Shown: positions 50,543 to 62,534 of the stretch, one piece after another
Position numbering within the stretch: position 1 is the first letter of the stretch
Layout of the letters: every line of letters starts with the position of its first letter
From: Eledone cirrhosa
Taxonomy: Eukaryota
Direction: 5' to 3'
NCBI GenBank assembly: GCA_964016885.1
Contig: OZ024740.1
Coordinates: 146,444,001-146,508,000, forward strand
DNA: 64,000 nucleotides
The notes under the pieces: model-generated
Seen by the model: only the letters and a program-made list of their open reading frames with translations
What the model was told of the DNA's origin: nothing
The model's database searches: none
Made by a program: the position numbers and the translations under genes

Positions 50543-50710
50543 TCTTTATCTTTTTCTTTTTCTGTAACCCAACGGCTTATTTTAAAAATAAAAATATCCA
50601 ATACTAATAATAATATAATTAAACAACTCCACTATCCGGGAGCTTCCAACAGTAATGGTTGCATTTTTTAAGGGTATGTCAATATTTATTTATAAAACTG
50701 ATCTATATTA

Positions 50711-50775
50711 TATTTTATCTGATGAAAGCACACCATAATTTAACTTGGTGTCCTTGAAATATGTATAATGAAATA
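50711..50775 (+). ncRNA. Minimal hammerhead ribozyme (third family, copy B) in the Penelope 3' terminus
   Basis: TATTTTAT-CTGATGA-AAGCACACC-ATAATTTAACTT-GGTGTCCTT-GAAA-TATGTA-TA^ATGAAATA. 8-bp stem I, self-complementary stem III. Confidence 0.85.
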
Positions 50776-50828
50776 AATATGGTTTTATAAATATAGTTTC
50801 CATTTGTTAATATCGTATATATATATAT

Positions 50829-51105
50829 GTAGAAGTTCTATTTAAATTGTTGGGATACAACAAGCAAATATTTTTATAACTGATATAAAGCACTCAACAA
50901 ATTATTGGAGTAAAAATACGATATATTAACAAATGGAAATTATATTTATAAAACCATATTTATTTCATTATACATATTTCAAGGGCACCAAGTTAAATTA
51001 TGGTGTGCTTTCATCAGATAAAATATAATATAGAGCAGTTTTATAAATAAATATTGACATACCCCTAAAGAATGCGACCATTTCTGTTGGAAGCTCCCGG
51101 ATAGT
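50829..51105 (-). mobile_element. ~277-bp non-coding Penelope-terminus unit (copy C) with hammerhead at 50961-51025
   Basis: Aligns with 47214-47487. Bounded by (TA)n. Confidence 0.8.
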
Positions 51106-51115
51106 ATATATATAT

Positions 51116-51392
51116 GTAGAAGTTATATTTAATTTGTTGGGATACAACAAGCAAATATTTTTATAACTGATATAAAGCACTCAACAATTTATTGGAGTAA
51201 AAATACAATATATTAACAAATGGAAACTATATTTATAAAACCATATTTATTTCATTATACATATTTCAAGGACACCAAAGCAAATTATGGTGCGCTTTCA
51301 TCAGATAAAATATAATATAGATCAGTTTTATAAACAAATATTGACATACCCTTAAAGAATGCGACCATGTCGGTTGGAAGCTCCCGGATAGT
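51116..51392 (-). mobile_element. ~277-bp non-coding Penelope-terminus unit (copy D) with hammerhead at 51248-51312
   Basis: Tandem direct copy of C with the same end points. Bounded by (TA)n. Confidence 0.8.
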
Positions 51393-51521
51393 ATATATAT
51401 ATATATATATATATATAAACGGAAAAAATGAAACGAAATTTCATTTCTCACTCTTAGTACGGCTCTTACTTAAATATAAGTATGTATACGTACATACATA
51501 CATGTATACAGACGCAGAGTA

Positions 51522-51576
<55 letters not shown>

Positions 51577-51689
51577 TATATAAGAAAATACATAAATATA
51601 ATATATATATAAACATAAAAAGGTGAAAGGGGTAAACAAATAGTTGGGAATACGACAAATGATAAATAAATAAATAAATAGATAAAGGT

Positions 51690-52878
51690 ATAAATGTTTA
51701 TAGCTGATTTAGAGCACTCAACAAGTTCCTGGAGCCAATAATCAATAATCCTACGGCTAATATTGGCAATGAGATTTTTAAAAACTATAGGGGGATGACA
51801 AGACTCTTTGTGTATATATCTAAGATTTTCGTTAGGTTTATGATAAGGTTTAAAAGAGGCAGTAAGTAGATCAAGATTAATGTCAAGAAAGTTAGCATTG
51901 GTAAGGTTCGTATCTATAATAATTTTAAGCTTTAGATTAGCAAAAGTATTGATTAAATCTTTACGGAATTTATCAAGGTTATGGCCGTTGGTGGTATGAG
52001 AAACTGCCAATCCGTCGTCACGGTATAAACCGATATTATGGGAAGGAAATTTCTCTTTAAGGGTGTGGAGAAGGAATAATCCTACTAAGTCACACACATC
52101 CGCACTGTCATATGAACCCATTGCAACATCAAAAGAGTTTTCAGGGTTTGACTTTTTAGCCCAAATACTTTCATTAGTAAAGAGTAGAGTTTTTCTAGCA
52201 TGAAAGATAATGTCTTCTTCTAATTTAGAAATATTAATGAAGGGTCTTGCAAAATCTAAGGCTTTAGTTAATAAGGAAACAGTAATAGAGGGGTAAAAAT
52301 CAACAATATCAAATTGGGTAAATCTACACTTATTTTTACCTTGTATATTATTAAACCAAGAAATAACAGAGGATGTATTTAACCATTGTGATAAGTCAGT
52401 CTTAGTTCTAATTTGGAGAATTATTTTTCTTAAGATTTTTTTACTTGCAAGGCCAACTTCGGATTTAGCCGGGTTAATCAGTCTACAGCTAGGTCGATTA
52501 GTAAAGTCTAATTTATGGTCTTTAAGGGTAATATATGCTTTACGTTTAGCTAGGCTTTCAATCCGGTTGTCTATTTTAAAAACACTAGCTAGTTCTTTAG
52601 CTTCTTTATTAATAGTATTGTAGGTGTTATTATTAGTTAATTGATATTTGGTGATACTATTAGTTAAAAGTTGGTTATACAAAATACTATTAACTTCAAA
52701 GAGATTTTTAGTTTTATCGGAAAGAACAAAAGTGTTTGTAGAATTTTTAAAATTAGAAATATCGTTAGAAAGTTGTTTTAAAATTATTATTGTACATACG
52801 AAATTTGATATCACTAATTAAATTAACAAGGTCTAATTCGAAGTTGGCTATGTCTTTAATTCTAGGTGGGTATTTACA
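51690..52878 (-). mobile_element. Second Penelope-like element: RT domain, internally deleted (no GIY-YIG), fused to a terminal fragment
   Basis: ORF 51441-52814: SDKTKN, TLKDHK, CRLINPAKSE, FDIVDFYPSI, MGSYDSADVCDLVG, GLYRDDGL, SCHPP. Homology stops at ISRR (~51750). Confidence 0.88.
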
Positions 52879-52963
52879 CATGTAATACTTATGGTCCTGT
52901 GAGTGTTTTGAGCAAAAATTCAAATTTTCAATGCCCTAGGGACCGCATCAGGCGATTTAGCGA

Positions 52964-53873
52964 TCTCTCTCTATAATTCTTAGTCTTTCTTTTTAGATAG
53001 ATACATAGATATAACGTTGCGCCCTTATAATATCTGTCTGTTTGTCTGGCTGTCTGCATTACGTCATTATGACGCGATCAGTGTGTGTGTGTGTATATGT
53101 ATATATAGTGTGTGTATATATATATTCTTATACCAGGGAACGTCTTCACGAACCAAAGTATTGTCTTCCTGTTTTCCTTTGGTTGCAACGTTTTTCGAAA
53201 TATTTACTTCTGCGTTCACAGATTGATTTTTTTAGTTTCAGAAGATCCCATTAAGGGTGAAAACAGCGATTCTTTGCTTAAACTTTAATATGTTATTTTA
53301 ATATAGATATTCGTGTACAGATATTTTTGCATACACAAAAAGAAAATATAAACAAACAAGGCTGAATAAGACCCGTCCCACCCTTGCAAGCAGGGAAGAG
53401 CGGACGTAAAATGATGACGATGACGATGATGATGAAGGCTGGCGATTACATAATCACATGCATCACAGACATATTTTTGCATACACAAAAACAAAATATA
53501 AACAAACAAGGCCGGCGATTACATAATCACATGCATCACTGACAGATATTTTTGCATACACAAAACCATTCCGAAATATTTATTTCTGCGTTCACAGATT
53601 GATTTTTTTAGTTTCAGAAGATCCCGTTAAGGATGAAAGTAGCGATTCTTTGCTTAAATTTTAATCTGTCATTTTAATATATATATATATATAATTATAT
53701 ATTCTTGTACAGATATTTTTGCATACAAAATAACAAAACAGATATTTTTGTATACACAATAACAAAATGTAAACAAACGTATTTATTTCACGAGGCTCGA
53801 TAAGGATAAATATATATCAAATATATAAGAACCCTAGAGCAAATCCCGGAGCAACGCCGGGCCATTCTGCTAG
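52964..53873 (+). mobile_element. Non-autonomous Helitron
   Basis: A|TC 5' end; 3' hairpin CCCGGAGCAACGCCGGG followed by CTAG|T. Internal direct repeats (~53197 and ~53572). A short RTE tail is inserted at ~53365-53435, flanked by AAGGCTG. Confidence 0.72.
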
Positions 53874-54349
53874 TTATTAACTAATATTCATCATATTTAG
53901 CCCTTTAAAGTCTGTTGTTTGGACAGGCTTCTCTGAACTGTGGCATTTTTGCCAATCTGGAGTCATTCGTGGCCAAAATTTTGCACTTTTCTCAAGGTCA
54001 TCTCACCATCTGGACTTTGGTGGCTTTATTTTCATTATTCTCTTATTTTTTTATTTCTTACCTTCTTATTTTAATTATTTTCTTATTTACTCATTCTTTC
54101 TTTTTTTAAAATTTCCTAATCCCTTATTCATTTCTAAGTAATTTTCTATTCATCATCATCATTATCACCACCTTAAAATTTCCCTTTTACTAATTTCACA
54201 AAGTTCACTACTTTATCATCATCATCATCACCATATATACCATGTCCATTTCTTTTACTTCTGCTTACTTTCTTTTTCTTTTCATACCCCCCTTTCTCTT
54301 CTTTCTCACATATATTTCTACTTCATCATCCACTATTTTCTAAAGTAAA

Positions 54350-54629
54350 TCTAGGATAAAGGATAAAGATCCCATAACTCCTTGTGGAGTCATAGAGGCA
54401 CCGACAAACGGTGTGTTTAGAGCACTTTCAAACCTGAACGAGCCCAACCCTCTCCAGGTCTGAACACAGCCGATTTTTTCCATAGAGGAAGAATCGCGCC
54501 CAGTACTGGACTGGTACTTTTTTTATCGATCTTGAAAGGATGAAAGACAAAGTTGACCACGGCGGGATTTCAACTTAGAGCGCACAATGAGGTGGGACGA
54601 ATACAGTAAAGTATCCGGCAAATACCGTA
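54350..54629 (-). mobile_element. tRNA-derived SINE, antisense
   Basis: CTGGTACTTTTTTTATCGATC..GAAAGGATGAAAG core shared with the 7222 family, but with a different tail (GGATAAA)n. Confidence 0.65.
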
Positions 54630-54925
54630 AAGTACCACAGACGCTCTTTTCCTTGTACGACAACTACAAGAGAAGTACCTAGCTAAAAGTAAACCCTTAT
54701 ACTTAGCTTTTGTTGACTTTGAGAAAGCCTTTGACAGAGTCCTCCGCTCTATTATCTGGTGGGCTCTTAGAAAACTAGGTGTTGATGAATGGCTTGTGAG
54801 AGCTATACAAGCCATGTATAAAGAAACAGTCAGCAAGGTTAGAATTAACAATGAATATAGTGAAGAATTTAGCGTAAAAGTTGGTGTTCATTTAGCCCCC
54901 TCCTATTTATTATTGCCCTTCAGGC

Positions 54926-55387
54926 TGTAGTAAGACGCCTCACGCCCCCTGGCGGATAATGGACCAGGCCTAGTTGTCTCCCCCTGGTGGAGAACACAGA
55001 GGTAAACAGAGACAGCCACGGGAAAGCAGACGATATACACGCCACAGAAAACAGCCTCTGTACCACGAAACTATAAACAGCCAAGGGAACAGCAAACAGC
55101 AAACACCACAATACCTTTGTAATTGTAATACTTCCCTTCACCACATCTGGATCACATATATATTTGGTATGTTTCATTTGTAATATAATAAACACATATA
55201 AACAAAATAAACATCACCATTATTTACATTTGTTGAATATAACTCTCGTTGTGGTTATTGTTTTGTTTACGCACACACCCACTCAGTTGTTATAATTCTC
55301 ACTTACAAAAAATGGTAAATAGACGAGGGACCTTCCCTCACGTCTATGTCGATAAACAATCCAACTAGGATACTTCATTTTACCACA
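54926..55387 (+). repeat. 5' LTR (462 bp)
   Basis: TGTAG...ACCACA. I count 5 substitutions versus the 3' LTR. Confidence 0.95.
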
Positions 55388-55388
55388 C

Positions 55389-55401
55389 TGGTGACCGACG
55401 T
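55389..55401 (+). promoter_or_regulatory. Primer binding site, tRNA-Trp-like
   Basis: TGGTGACCGACGT, 1 nt after the LTR. Matches the tRNA-Trp 3' complement TGGTGACCCCGACGT minus two C. Confidence 0.7.
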
Positions 55402-56045
55402 AAGAATTTTACGCAGCCTTTTTATTCAGTTGAACTTCACTGTTATTACCACGTTGCCAACCTTTTCGAAACTTACGAAAATACAAAAAAAAGACAGAGA
55501 AATAATAAAGTGTTTATACCGTATTGACAAGGTATACAAACCAGCCAAATTTTTTTTCAAAGATGGCGTTGCTTTCCTTCCCCATTTTGTAATTTTCCGC
55601 CAGGACAGGACAGGGACATTTTGAATTGCGTGTGTGTTCCATATTTGATCAAGGGAAAAACACCTTTTTTGTGAACATTACTGCCCCGCAGGGGATATAC
55701 ATGCCTTACTTTTTTTCTAAGGGATTTTTAGCCACAGGCTACCTATTGTTGATATCCAACGTAGATATATTCTAAAACAAACATTTTTTTCTTCTCTTTT
55801 TCACGGGTTATACGATTTGGCTTGCCCGTTGAAGCAACACAAGGGGACAGACGTTGAAGGAAAAAATAAAAAAAAATATATATGTATATGTATTTTATGT
55901 ATTTTTCCTATTTCCTAATGTTTTGAATGTCTGTTTCTTTTTGACCTTTCATATTTTTTCCATTTTGGGTGTTTGCTTTTCCCTGTACGAGGGAACATTA
56001 ATTGCTGTTTATATATATATATTTTTTTGTTTTAAACGTTTCACA

Positions 56046-56824
56046 ATGAATACGCCACATTTGCCCGCCTTTACCGCCGGAAACCCTAAGCTGTGGTTCG
56101 CCCAGCTACAGGCGTATTTTACGGTCTGTAAGACCGAGTCTGACCAGCGCCTCGTTGTCTTGATTAGCGGACTTCCCCCTAATTTAGCAGATTCGGTCCA
56201 AGACCTAATTACAGACCCCCCTCTGACTTAACGTATGAGTCTTTAAAAGGCGAGATCTTGAGAAGGAACTGTAAGTCGGTAGAGAGTCGTTTTCGGTCAT
56301 TGATCGAGGACGAACGATCAGGTGACAGGACCCCTACCGCTTTTCTCCGGCATTTGCGGGAATTGAGTGATTCCCAAGATCAGGATAGCCCTTTCCTGAA
56401 GCAATTGTTCTTCTCTCGCCTACCTCAAGAGGTACAGGCGATCCTAGCCCATATGCTAGAAGTAAACACACTCGACCACATTGCTGTCTCTGCTGACAAA
56501 ATTGTAGAAGTGACGAAGAGAGACACTTCGAAGCAAAAGTACGTTGCTTCCTCTTCTCTTCCTCAATCACGCTCATCAGCGAGTGATGAGAAGTTAGTCA
56601 AAACAATGGAAGCCATGACTCGTCAAATGGCGGAGTTGTGCCAGAAATTCAGGTCTTTTGGACGGCAGAGGAGCCGCTCACGATCTTATTCTACTCCTCG
56701 CCACCGTAGCCCTTCCAAAACATCAAAACCACCATATTGTTATTACCATGACAGATATGGTGACAAAGCCGCCCATTGTAGGCCTCCTTGTGCTTACAAG
56801 GGAAACGACGACCAGAGTCACTAA
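56046..56824 (+). pseudogene. gag: Gypsy gag with a 1-nt frameshift near 56222; C-terminal CHCC knuckle
   Basis: MNTPHLPAF..NPKLWFAQL...; continues in the -1 frame as LTYESLKGEILRR...GDRTPTAFLRHLR...[18 protein letters not shown] (C-X2-H-X9-C-X3-C). Confidence 0.85.
56800..56806 (+). promoter_or_regulatory. -1 ribosomal frameshift slippery heptamer G GGA AAC
   Basis: X XXY YYZ in the gag frame, inside the gag/pol overlap. pol is in the -1 frame. Confidence 0.75.
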
Positions 56825-59800
56825 CGGCGGATAGTGTGCTCTGCGAAACATCATCCAACCGCCACTTTTTCATTGAGGACCTGCTATCAGGTAGAGCCTT
56901 TCTGGTTGACACAAGTGCAGTTTGTTCAATATGGCCTGTGTGTTGTATGGAGGAAACTCCCCCTGAGACACCTATTGAGTTGCAGGCAGTAAATTGTTCG
57001 CCGATTCGAACCTTCGGACAAATCTCGCTACCTTTGCAGTTCCGTAATCTGCGGCGCGAGTTTAAATGGATATTTACTGTCACTGCCTTGCCGTATCCGA
57101 TTCTAGGCGCGGATTTTGTCCACCATTTTTCATTGACGGTGGACCTCCGTTCTAAGCGCCTAATTGATGGCATCACTGGTTTAACTGTTGTTGGCAAGGC
57201 AGCAGGAGTTCCAACGGTTAGCCCGACCTTTTTTCTTGCTAACACCGGTGATACTTACCATGCGTTGTTGAACTCGTTCCCGCAACTGACTCAGGGAAAT
57301 TTTCGAGTTGATGAGCCAACTCATACCACGGAGCACTTCATATCTACAACTGGTGCTCCCGTTTTTTCTCGTCCTCGTCGCTTGCCTCCGGACAAACTCA
57401 AAGCAGCACGATCAGAATTTGATCATATGCTGCAGTTGGGGATTATTCGTCCGTCCACGAGCCCGTGGGCGTCCCCATTACACATGGTACCGAAAGCGAC
57501 TGGCGATTGGAGACCTACAGGAGATTATCGACGCTTAAATTCGATAACGGAACCGGACCGTTATCCTATCCCTCATCTGCAAGACTTTGCGTCTTCGTTG
57601 CAGGGATGCAAGATATTCTCCAAACTGGATTTAATTCGTGCGTACCATCAAATTCCTGTCCATAAAAATGACATTCCAAAAATGGCTATAGTTACGCCAT
57701 TTGGGTCATTTGAGTTTTTGACCATGCCGTTCGGATTAAGGAATGCCGCTAGTACGTTTCAGTGGTTTATGGATGAGGTTACTCGTGGCCTCGATTTCGT
57801 CTATACCTATATTGACGACCTGCTCATTGCTAGTTCTTCTCAAGAGCAACATACGCACCATTTGAATCTTCTTTTCCGCCGATTGAAGGCGTATAACGTG
57901 CAGATTAATGCACCCAAATGTGTTTTTGGTGCTGAGTCACTGACTTTCTTGGGTCACGTCATCGACGCTGACGGTATTCGACCCCGGCCTGAGCGAGTTA
58001 AGGTCATAGAGGATTTGCCTCCACCGACCTCACTACGTCAGTTACGCCAGTTCTTAGGCCTGATTAACTTTTATAGGCGTTTCGTGCCAAATTGTGCAAG
58101 ATTGCTTTTCTTCCTGACGGAGATTTAAAAAAATTGTCGGAAGAAGAACAAAGACATTTCTTTGACAGACACTCAACTTGCTGATTTTCAGCACGCCAAA
58201 ACTGCTTTGGCTAATGCTTCGTTACTGGCTCACCCGGTACCCGGTGCAAAGCTAACGCTTTGTGTTGATGCATCGGATATCGCTGTGGGCGCAGTGCTTC
58301 AGCAAAACACCAATGGTTACCAGCAACCGCTGGAGTTCTTTTCCAGAAAGATGAAACCTGCTGAGACGCGCTACAGCACCTTTGGAAGGTAGCTTTTGGC
58401 CATCTATTTAGCCGTGAAACATTTTTCACATATGCTAGAGGGTAGACTATTTACTATCCTCACCGATCATAAACCATTGACTTTTGCGTTGAGAGCGAAG
58501 GGTGATAAATACTCGCCCAGAGAGACGAGACACCTTGATTTCATCTCGCAATATACGAATGATATCCAACACATTCCGGGTTCACTAAATACAGCGGCCG
58601 ATGCTTTGTCTCGCTTACCCGTGACAGCGATCTCGTCACCCTCTGACATAGATCTGACTCGTTTGGCTGCGGATCAGCCTCCCCTTGAGTCATTGGATGT
58701 TACATCGCCCGAGTTTGCGAATTGCGAGATGAAATACTTGCCTCTGTCGACTGCAGTTGGCCAAATTCTCTGCGACGTCTCTTTGGACGTGCCTAGGCCC
58801 TTCGTTCCAGAGAATCATCGTCGGACCGTGTTTCTGGCATTACATAGTTTCTCGCATCCAGGATCTTCTGCCACAGCAAAGCTCATATCAGCTAGATTTT
58901 TCTGGCCAAATATGAGGCGTGAAATTGCTGCTTGGTGCCGTTCCTGCGTCGCTTGCCAGAAATCAAAGGTCCATCGACACGTCAAGGCTCCCCTGGGTAC
59001 CTTTACTAACCCAGATGCGCGTTTTTCGCACATTCATATTGATATAGTGGGACCTTGGCCTGTCAGCGATGGTTACTCTTATCTGCTGACCATAATTGAC
59101 CGTTTTTCGAGATGGCCTGAAGCCATCCCCTTGAAAAACATCACCGCTGAGACAACAGCGCGTGCTCTTGTGTCTGGATGGATCTCTCGTTATGGAGTTC
59201 CATCCACAGTAACTACCGACCGTGGACGACAGTTCGAGTCGAGCCTTTTCCTCGAACTGTCAAAATTAATTGGTGCTAAACGCATTAGAACTACAGCGTA
59301 CCATCTCGCTTTGAATGGTATGGTGGAGCGTTTTCACCGACAACTGAAGGCCTCCTTAATGGCCTCAATGGACTCGGCGCATTGGAGCGAGTACCTCCCT
59401 ATTGTGCTACTAGGGATTCGGTCAACGGTGAAGGTCGACTTTGGATTTTCACCGGTCGAAGTACTGTACGGTGCCCCTCTGACGTTGCCCGGGAAAATGC
59501 TTGCCCCTATCGATCTTAATGCCCAAGATCACGCTTCCTACGTGTCCCGTTTGCGCTCCTATTTCCAGGATTTGCCGCCAATGGACACTAAGAAACAAAC
59601 TATCAAGACTGCTGTCCCGAGGGATGTTGCCTCGTGGACGCATGTCTTTGTAAGGAAAGATTCTGTGAAGCCTCCGCTCACACAGTCTTACACTGGACCT
59701 TACCGTGTCTTAGCGCGCTCGGCTAAGCATTTCACTTTAGATATTAAAGGGTCCAGGGAGACAGTTACAATAGACAGGCTTAAGCAGGCACACCTTGACA

Positions 59801-59982
59801 CGGACGCTGTGGTTCCTGATCCACGAACCCCTTCGTATTTGCCTTTTGAGCGAACGCCTGTTCCTGAACCACCATCATCGCCTGTCCCTACACCACCACA
59901 ATCGCCACGTTACAAGACCACGACCCGTTCAGGTCGTAGGGTCCACTGGCCCAAAACATTTTGCAGCACCGTCTATATTTAG
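56806..59982 (+). pseudogene. pol: Gypsy pol (protease-RT-RNase H-integrase-GPY/F) with two in-frame stops (58126-58128, 58390-58392)
   Basis: [40 protein letters not shown] zinc finger, [27 protein letters not shown]. The three ORFs share one frame. Confidence 0.93.
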
Positions 59983-60201
59983 ACTATGTTAGCTGCACCT
60001 TTTTTTTTGCTTCTGTGTTTCTGCTTTTTCTTTGCCTTGTTTTTCATGCATGTTGTGTTTTTTAACATTTTTCAAATCCTTATTCTGGATTTAATGATTG
60101 GTAGAGCGAATAGCTCCCCCTTGTTGCATTGTTCTCCATCTTACTCCACATGTGAGTAATAACATCGATTTTCGATGATTTGAAAATCTGGCAGTGGAAA
60201 C

Positions 60202-60663
60202 TGTAGTAAGACGCCTCACGCCCTCTGGCGGATAATGGACCAGGCCTAGTTGTCTCCCCCTGGTGGAGAACACAGAGGTAAACAGAGACAGCCACGGGAA
60301 AGCAGACGATATACACGCCACAGAAAACAGCCTCTGTACCACGAAACGATAAACAGCCAAGGGAACAGCAAACAGCAAACACCACAATACCTTTGTAATT
60401 GTAATACTTCCCTTCACCACATCTGGATCACATATATATTTGGTATGTTTCATTTGTAATATAATAAACACATATAAACAAAATAAACATCACCATTATT
60501 TACATTTGTTGAATATAACTCTCGTTGTGGTTATTGTCTTGTTTACGCGCACACCCACTCACTTGTTATAATTCTCACTTACAAAAAATGGTAAATAGAC
60601 GAGGGACCTTCCCTCACGTCTATGTCGATAAACAATCCAACTAGGATACTTCATTTTACCACA
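60202..60663 (+). repeat. 3' LTR (462 bp)
   Basis: Direct repeat of 54926-55387, preceded by a degenerate purine tract GGCAGTGGAAAC. Confidence 0.95.
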
Positions 60664-61824
60664 AGGCTATAGCAGAGGAGTTCAAGACCGGCTGCCCATG
60701 GGAACTTCTATACGCAGATGATCTAACGCTCATAGCTGAATCAATGGCTGAACTAGAGAAGAAATTCCAAACAAGGAAGCATGGCCTAGAATCAAAAGGC
60801 CTTAAAATTAACTTGTCTAAGACTAAAGTTCTAGAATGTAGGAAGGAAAATAGGGCACTGGTCCCCTCTGGGAAATAGCCATCCTCAGTGTGTAGGAAAG
60901 GAGTAGGCAGAAACTCTATTTTATATCCCAAATGCAAAGTATGGGTGCATAAAAGATGTAGTGGGATCACAGGTAAGCTAACTAAGAACATAGATTTTAT
61001 ATGTGGCCTGCGCTCAGGTGCAATAAGTAGCAGCAAGTGCCCACAGAATACTAGCTCCTTCCATTGCCAAGATCGTTCTATAGAAATAGTGGACACCTTC
61101 CGTTACCTGGGTGACAAAATCAGCAGTGGTGGAGGGTGCTCTGAAAGTACAGTAACCAGAGTCAGAACGGGATTACACACTTACACCTCTCCAAGACAAT
61201 GTCACTGGACCAAGATCTTTGGCGCTACGCAGTAATACAGAAGACCCGCCTTGCCTAAGTACAAAGCGAAACCTACAGTCAGTAGGCACCTCTTAACCCA
61301 AAATACACCCCCATCCCACTACCCCATACTCCACCCCTTTCTCTGTAAAGTTATGTTGGTACCACAACATCCAGTCCTAAATAAATGAGGTTGGGTAGGT
61401 GTCATGACAAAAAAACACACAGTCCACGCTGTAATGTGGCTATGTAGGTAACACGGTAAAAACCTCCCAGTCCACACTGTAAATGTGGTTGGTGTTAGGA
61501 AGGGAATCCAGCCGTAGAAAACCTGCCAGACAGTCCTTTACGAGCAAGACAACAAATCTTGCCTCACATGGGACAATTCCCGTCTAAACCCATGCTAGCG
61601 TGGAAGATAGACGTTAAACGATGATGATGATGATGATGATGATCCGGCATCTTAACAACTCTGCCAATTCGCCGAAAGTAAATCTATTATCCACTAACTA
61701 CTTTATGCATTCACCTACCTATCAAAGTTATTTTCTATTCTTCATCAACACTACCTTAAACATTACCACCCACCATCAGCATGGTTTCTACAACTGGATG
61801 CCCTTTCTTATGCCCACCACTTAG

Positions 61825-61983
61825 CAGGGCCGTCTTAACATCATTATAGGCCCCCGGGCAAAGAAGAGCACTGGGGCCCCTACCTACACAACCACTCACA
61901 GGAATAAAAATACAAATGGGCCCCCTATCCTCGTGGGGCCCCCGGGCAACTGCCCAGCGTGCCCATGCGTTAAGACATCCCTG
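61825..61983. mobile_element. hAT-type MITE (159 bp)
   Basis: TIR CAGGGCCGTCTTAAC / GTTAAGACATCCCTG. Perfect 8-bp TSD CCACTTAG (61817-61824, 61984-61991). Confidence 0.88.
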
Positions 61984-62345
61984 CCACTTAGTAGTGCACA
62001 ATGGGAGCATATTACTGTGACTAAGCTCTACCACCTTACAGGGTGGACAGGGTGCTTTTCTGTGAATCAGTCAAGGTACATCCTAAGTTTCCATATTGTA
62101 TAGGCTGGATGAAGGCGTGGAGGCAGGGAAATCAAGAGTATACTTGCAGGTGGTAAAGAGAAGAGAACTTAAATGTTGTACCACCTCTATGCTTCTTTGC
62201 AATTTGTGTAGAGGGAGGGGTGGGGTGGGGTGGGGTGAGAGCATGTTGACGTCCAGGGGGCTAGCCTCCTTATGTTCATTTCATTCTGTTTGCACGGGGA
62301 AGTGAGTCTCCAGTAGTACAGCATGTCACCAGTTAACTGTATATA

Positions 62346-62530
62346 CAGTGAAATTCAATTATAATAAAATTCACAGTGCATAAAAAATTTCGTTGTAACG
62401 AAACTTTTTATAACAAGATCAACAGAAACAAATCGAGCGTTTGTTTGTTATTACCTTAGTTATTGAAAAATAAATTCGTTGTACTGAAAAATTCGTTATC
62501 ATGGTATTCGTTATAAAGGAATTTTACCTG
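62346..62530. mobile_element. Tc1/mariner (Tigger-like) MITE
   Basis: TA|CAGTGAAATTC...GAATTTTACCTG|TA ends, with internal TTCGTTRTA repeats. Confidence 0.55.
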
Positions 62531-62534
62531 TATC

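Larger units (their letters stand above)
47213..50818 (+). mobile_element. Penelope-like element (Naiad-like), 5'-truncated, with inverted copy of its 3' terminus at the 5' end
   Basis: RT/GIY-YIG coding region 47731-49189. 47301-47710 is the reverse complement of 50440-50818. Flanked by (TA)n on both sides. Confidence 0.88.
54926..60663 (+). mobile_element. Full-length Ty3/Gypsy LTR retrotransposon, CsRn1-like clade
   Basis: Two 462-bp TG...CA LTRs, 4-bp TSD AGGC, PBS, CHCC gag, PR-RT-RH-IN order. Confidence 0.95.
54630..61642 (+). mobile_element. RTE LINE (same subfamily as 4417) split by the Gypsy insertion: 54630-54925 and 60664-61642
   Basis: Both halves align contiguously to the 4440-5250 copy across ...CCTTCAGGC|TATA. 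A ~400-bp internal deletion lies at ~61172. (GAT)n tail. Confidence 0.9.

Noticed and set aside
55854-56045. Hydrophobic N-terminal extension of the gag ORF (env- or signal-like)
   Set aside because: Arises from a T-rich leader with a non-ATG start; gag homology begins at ATG 56046.
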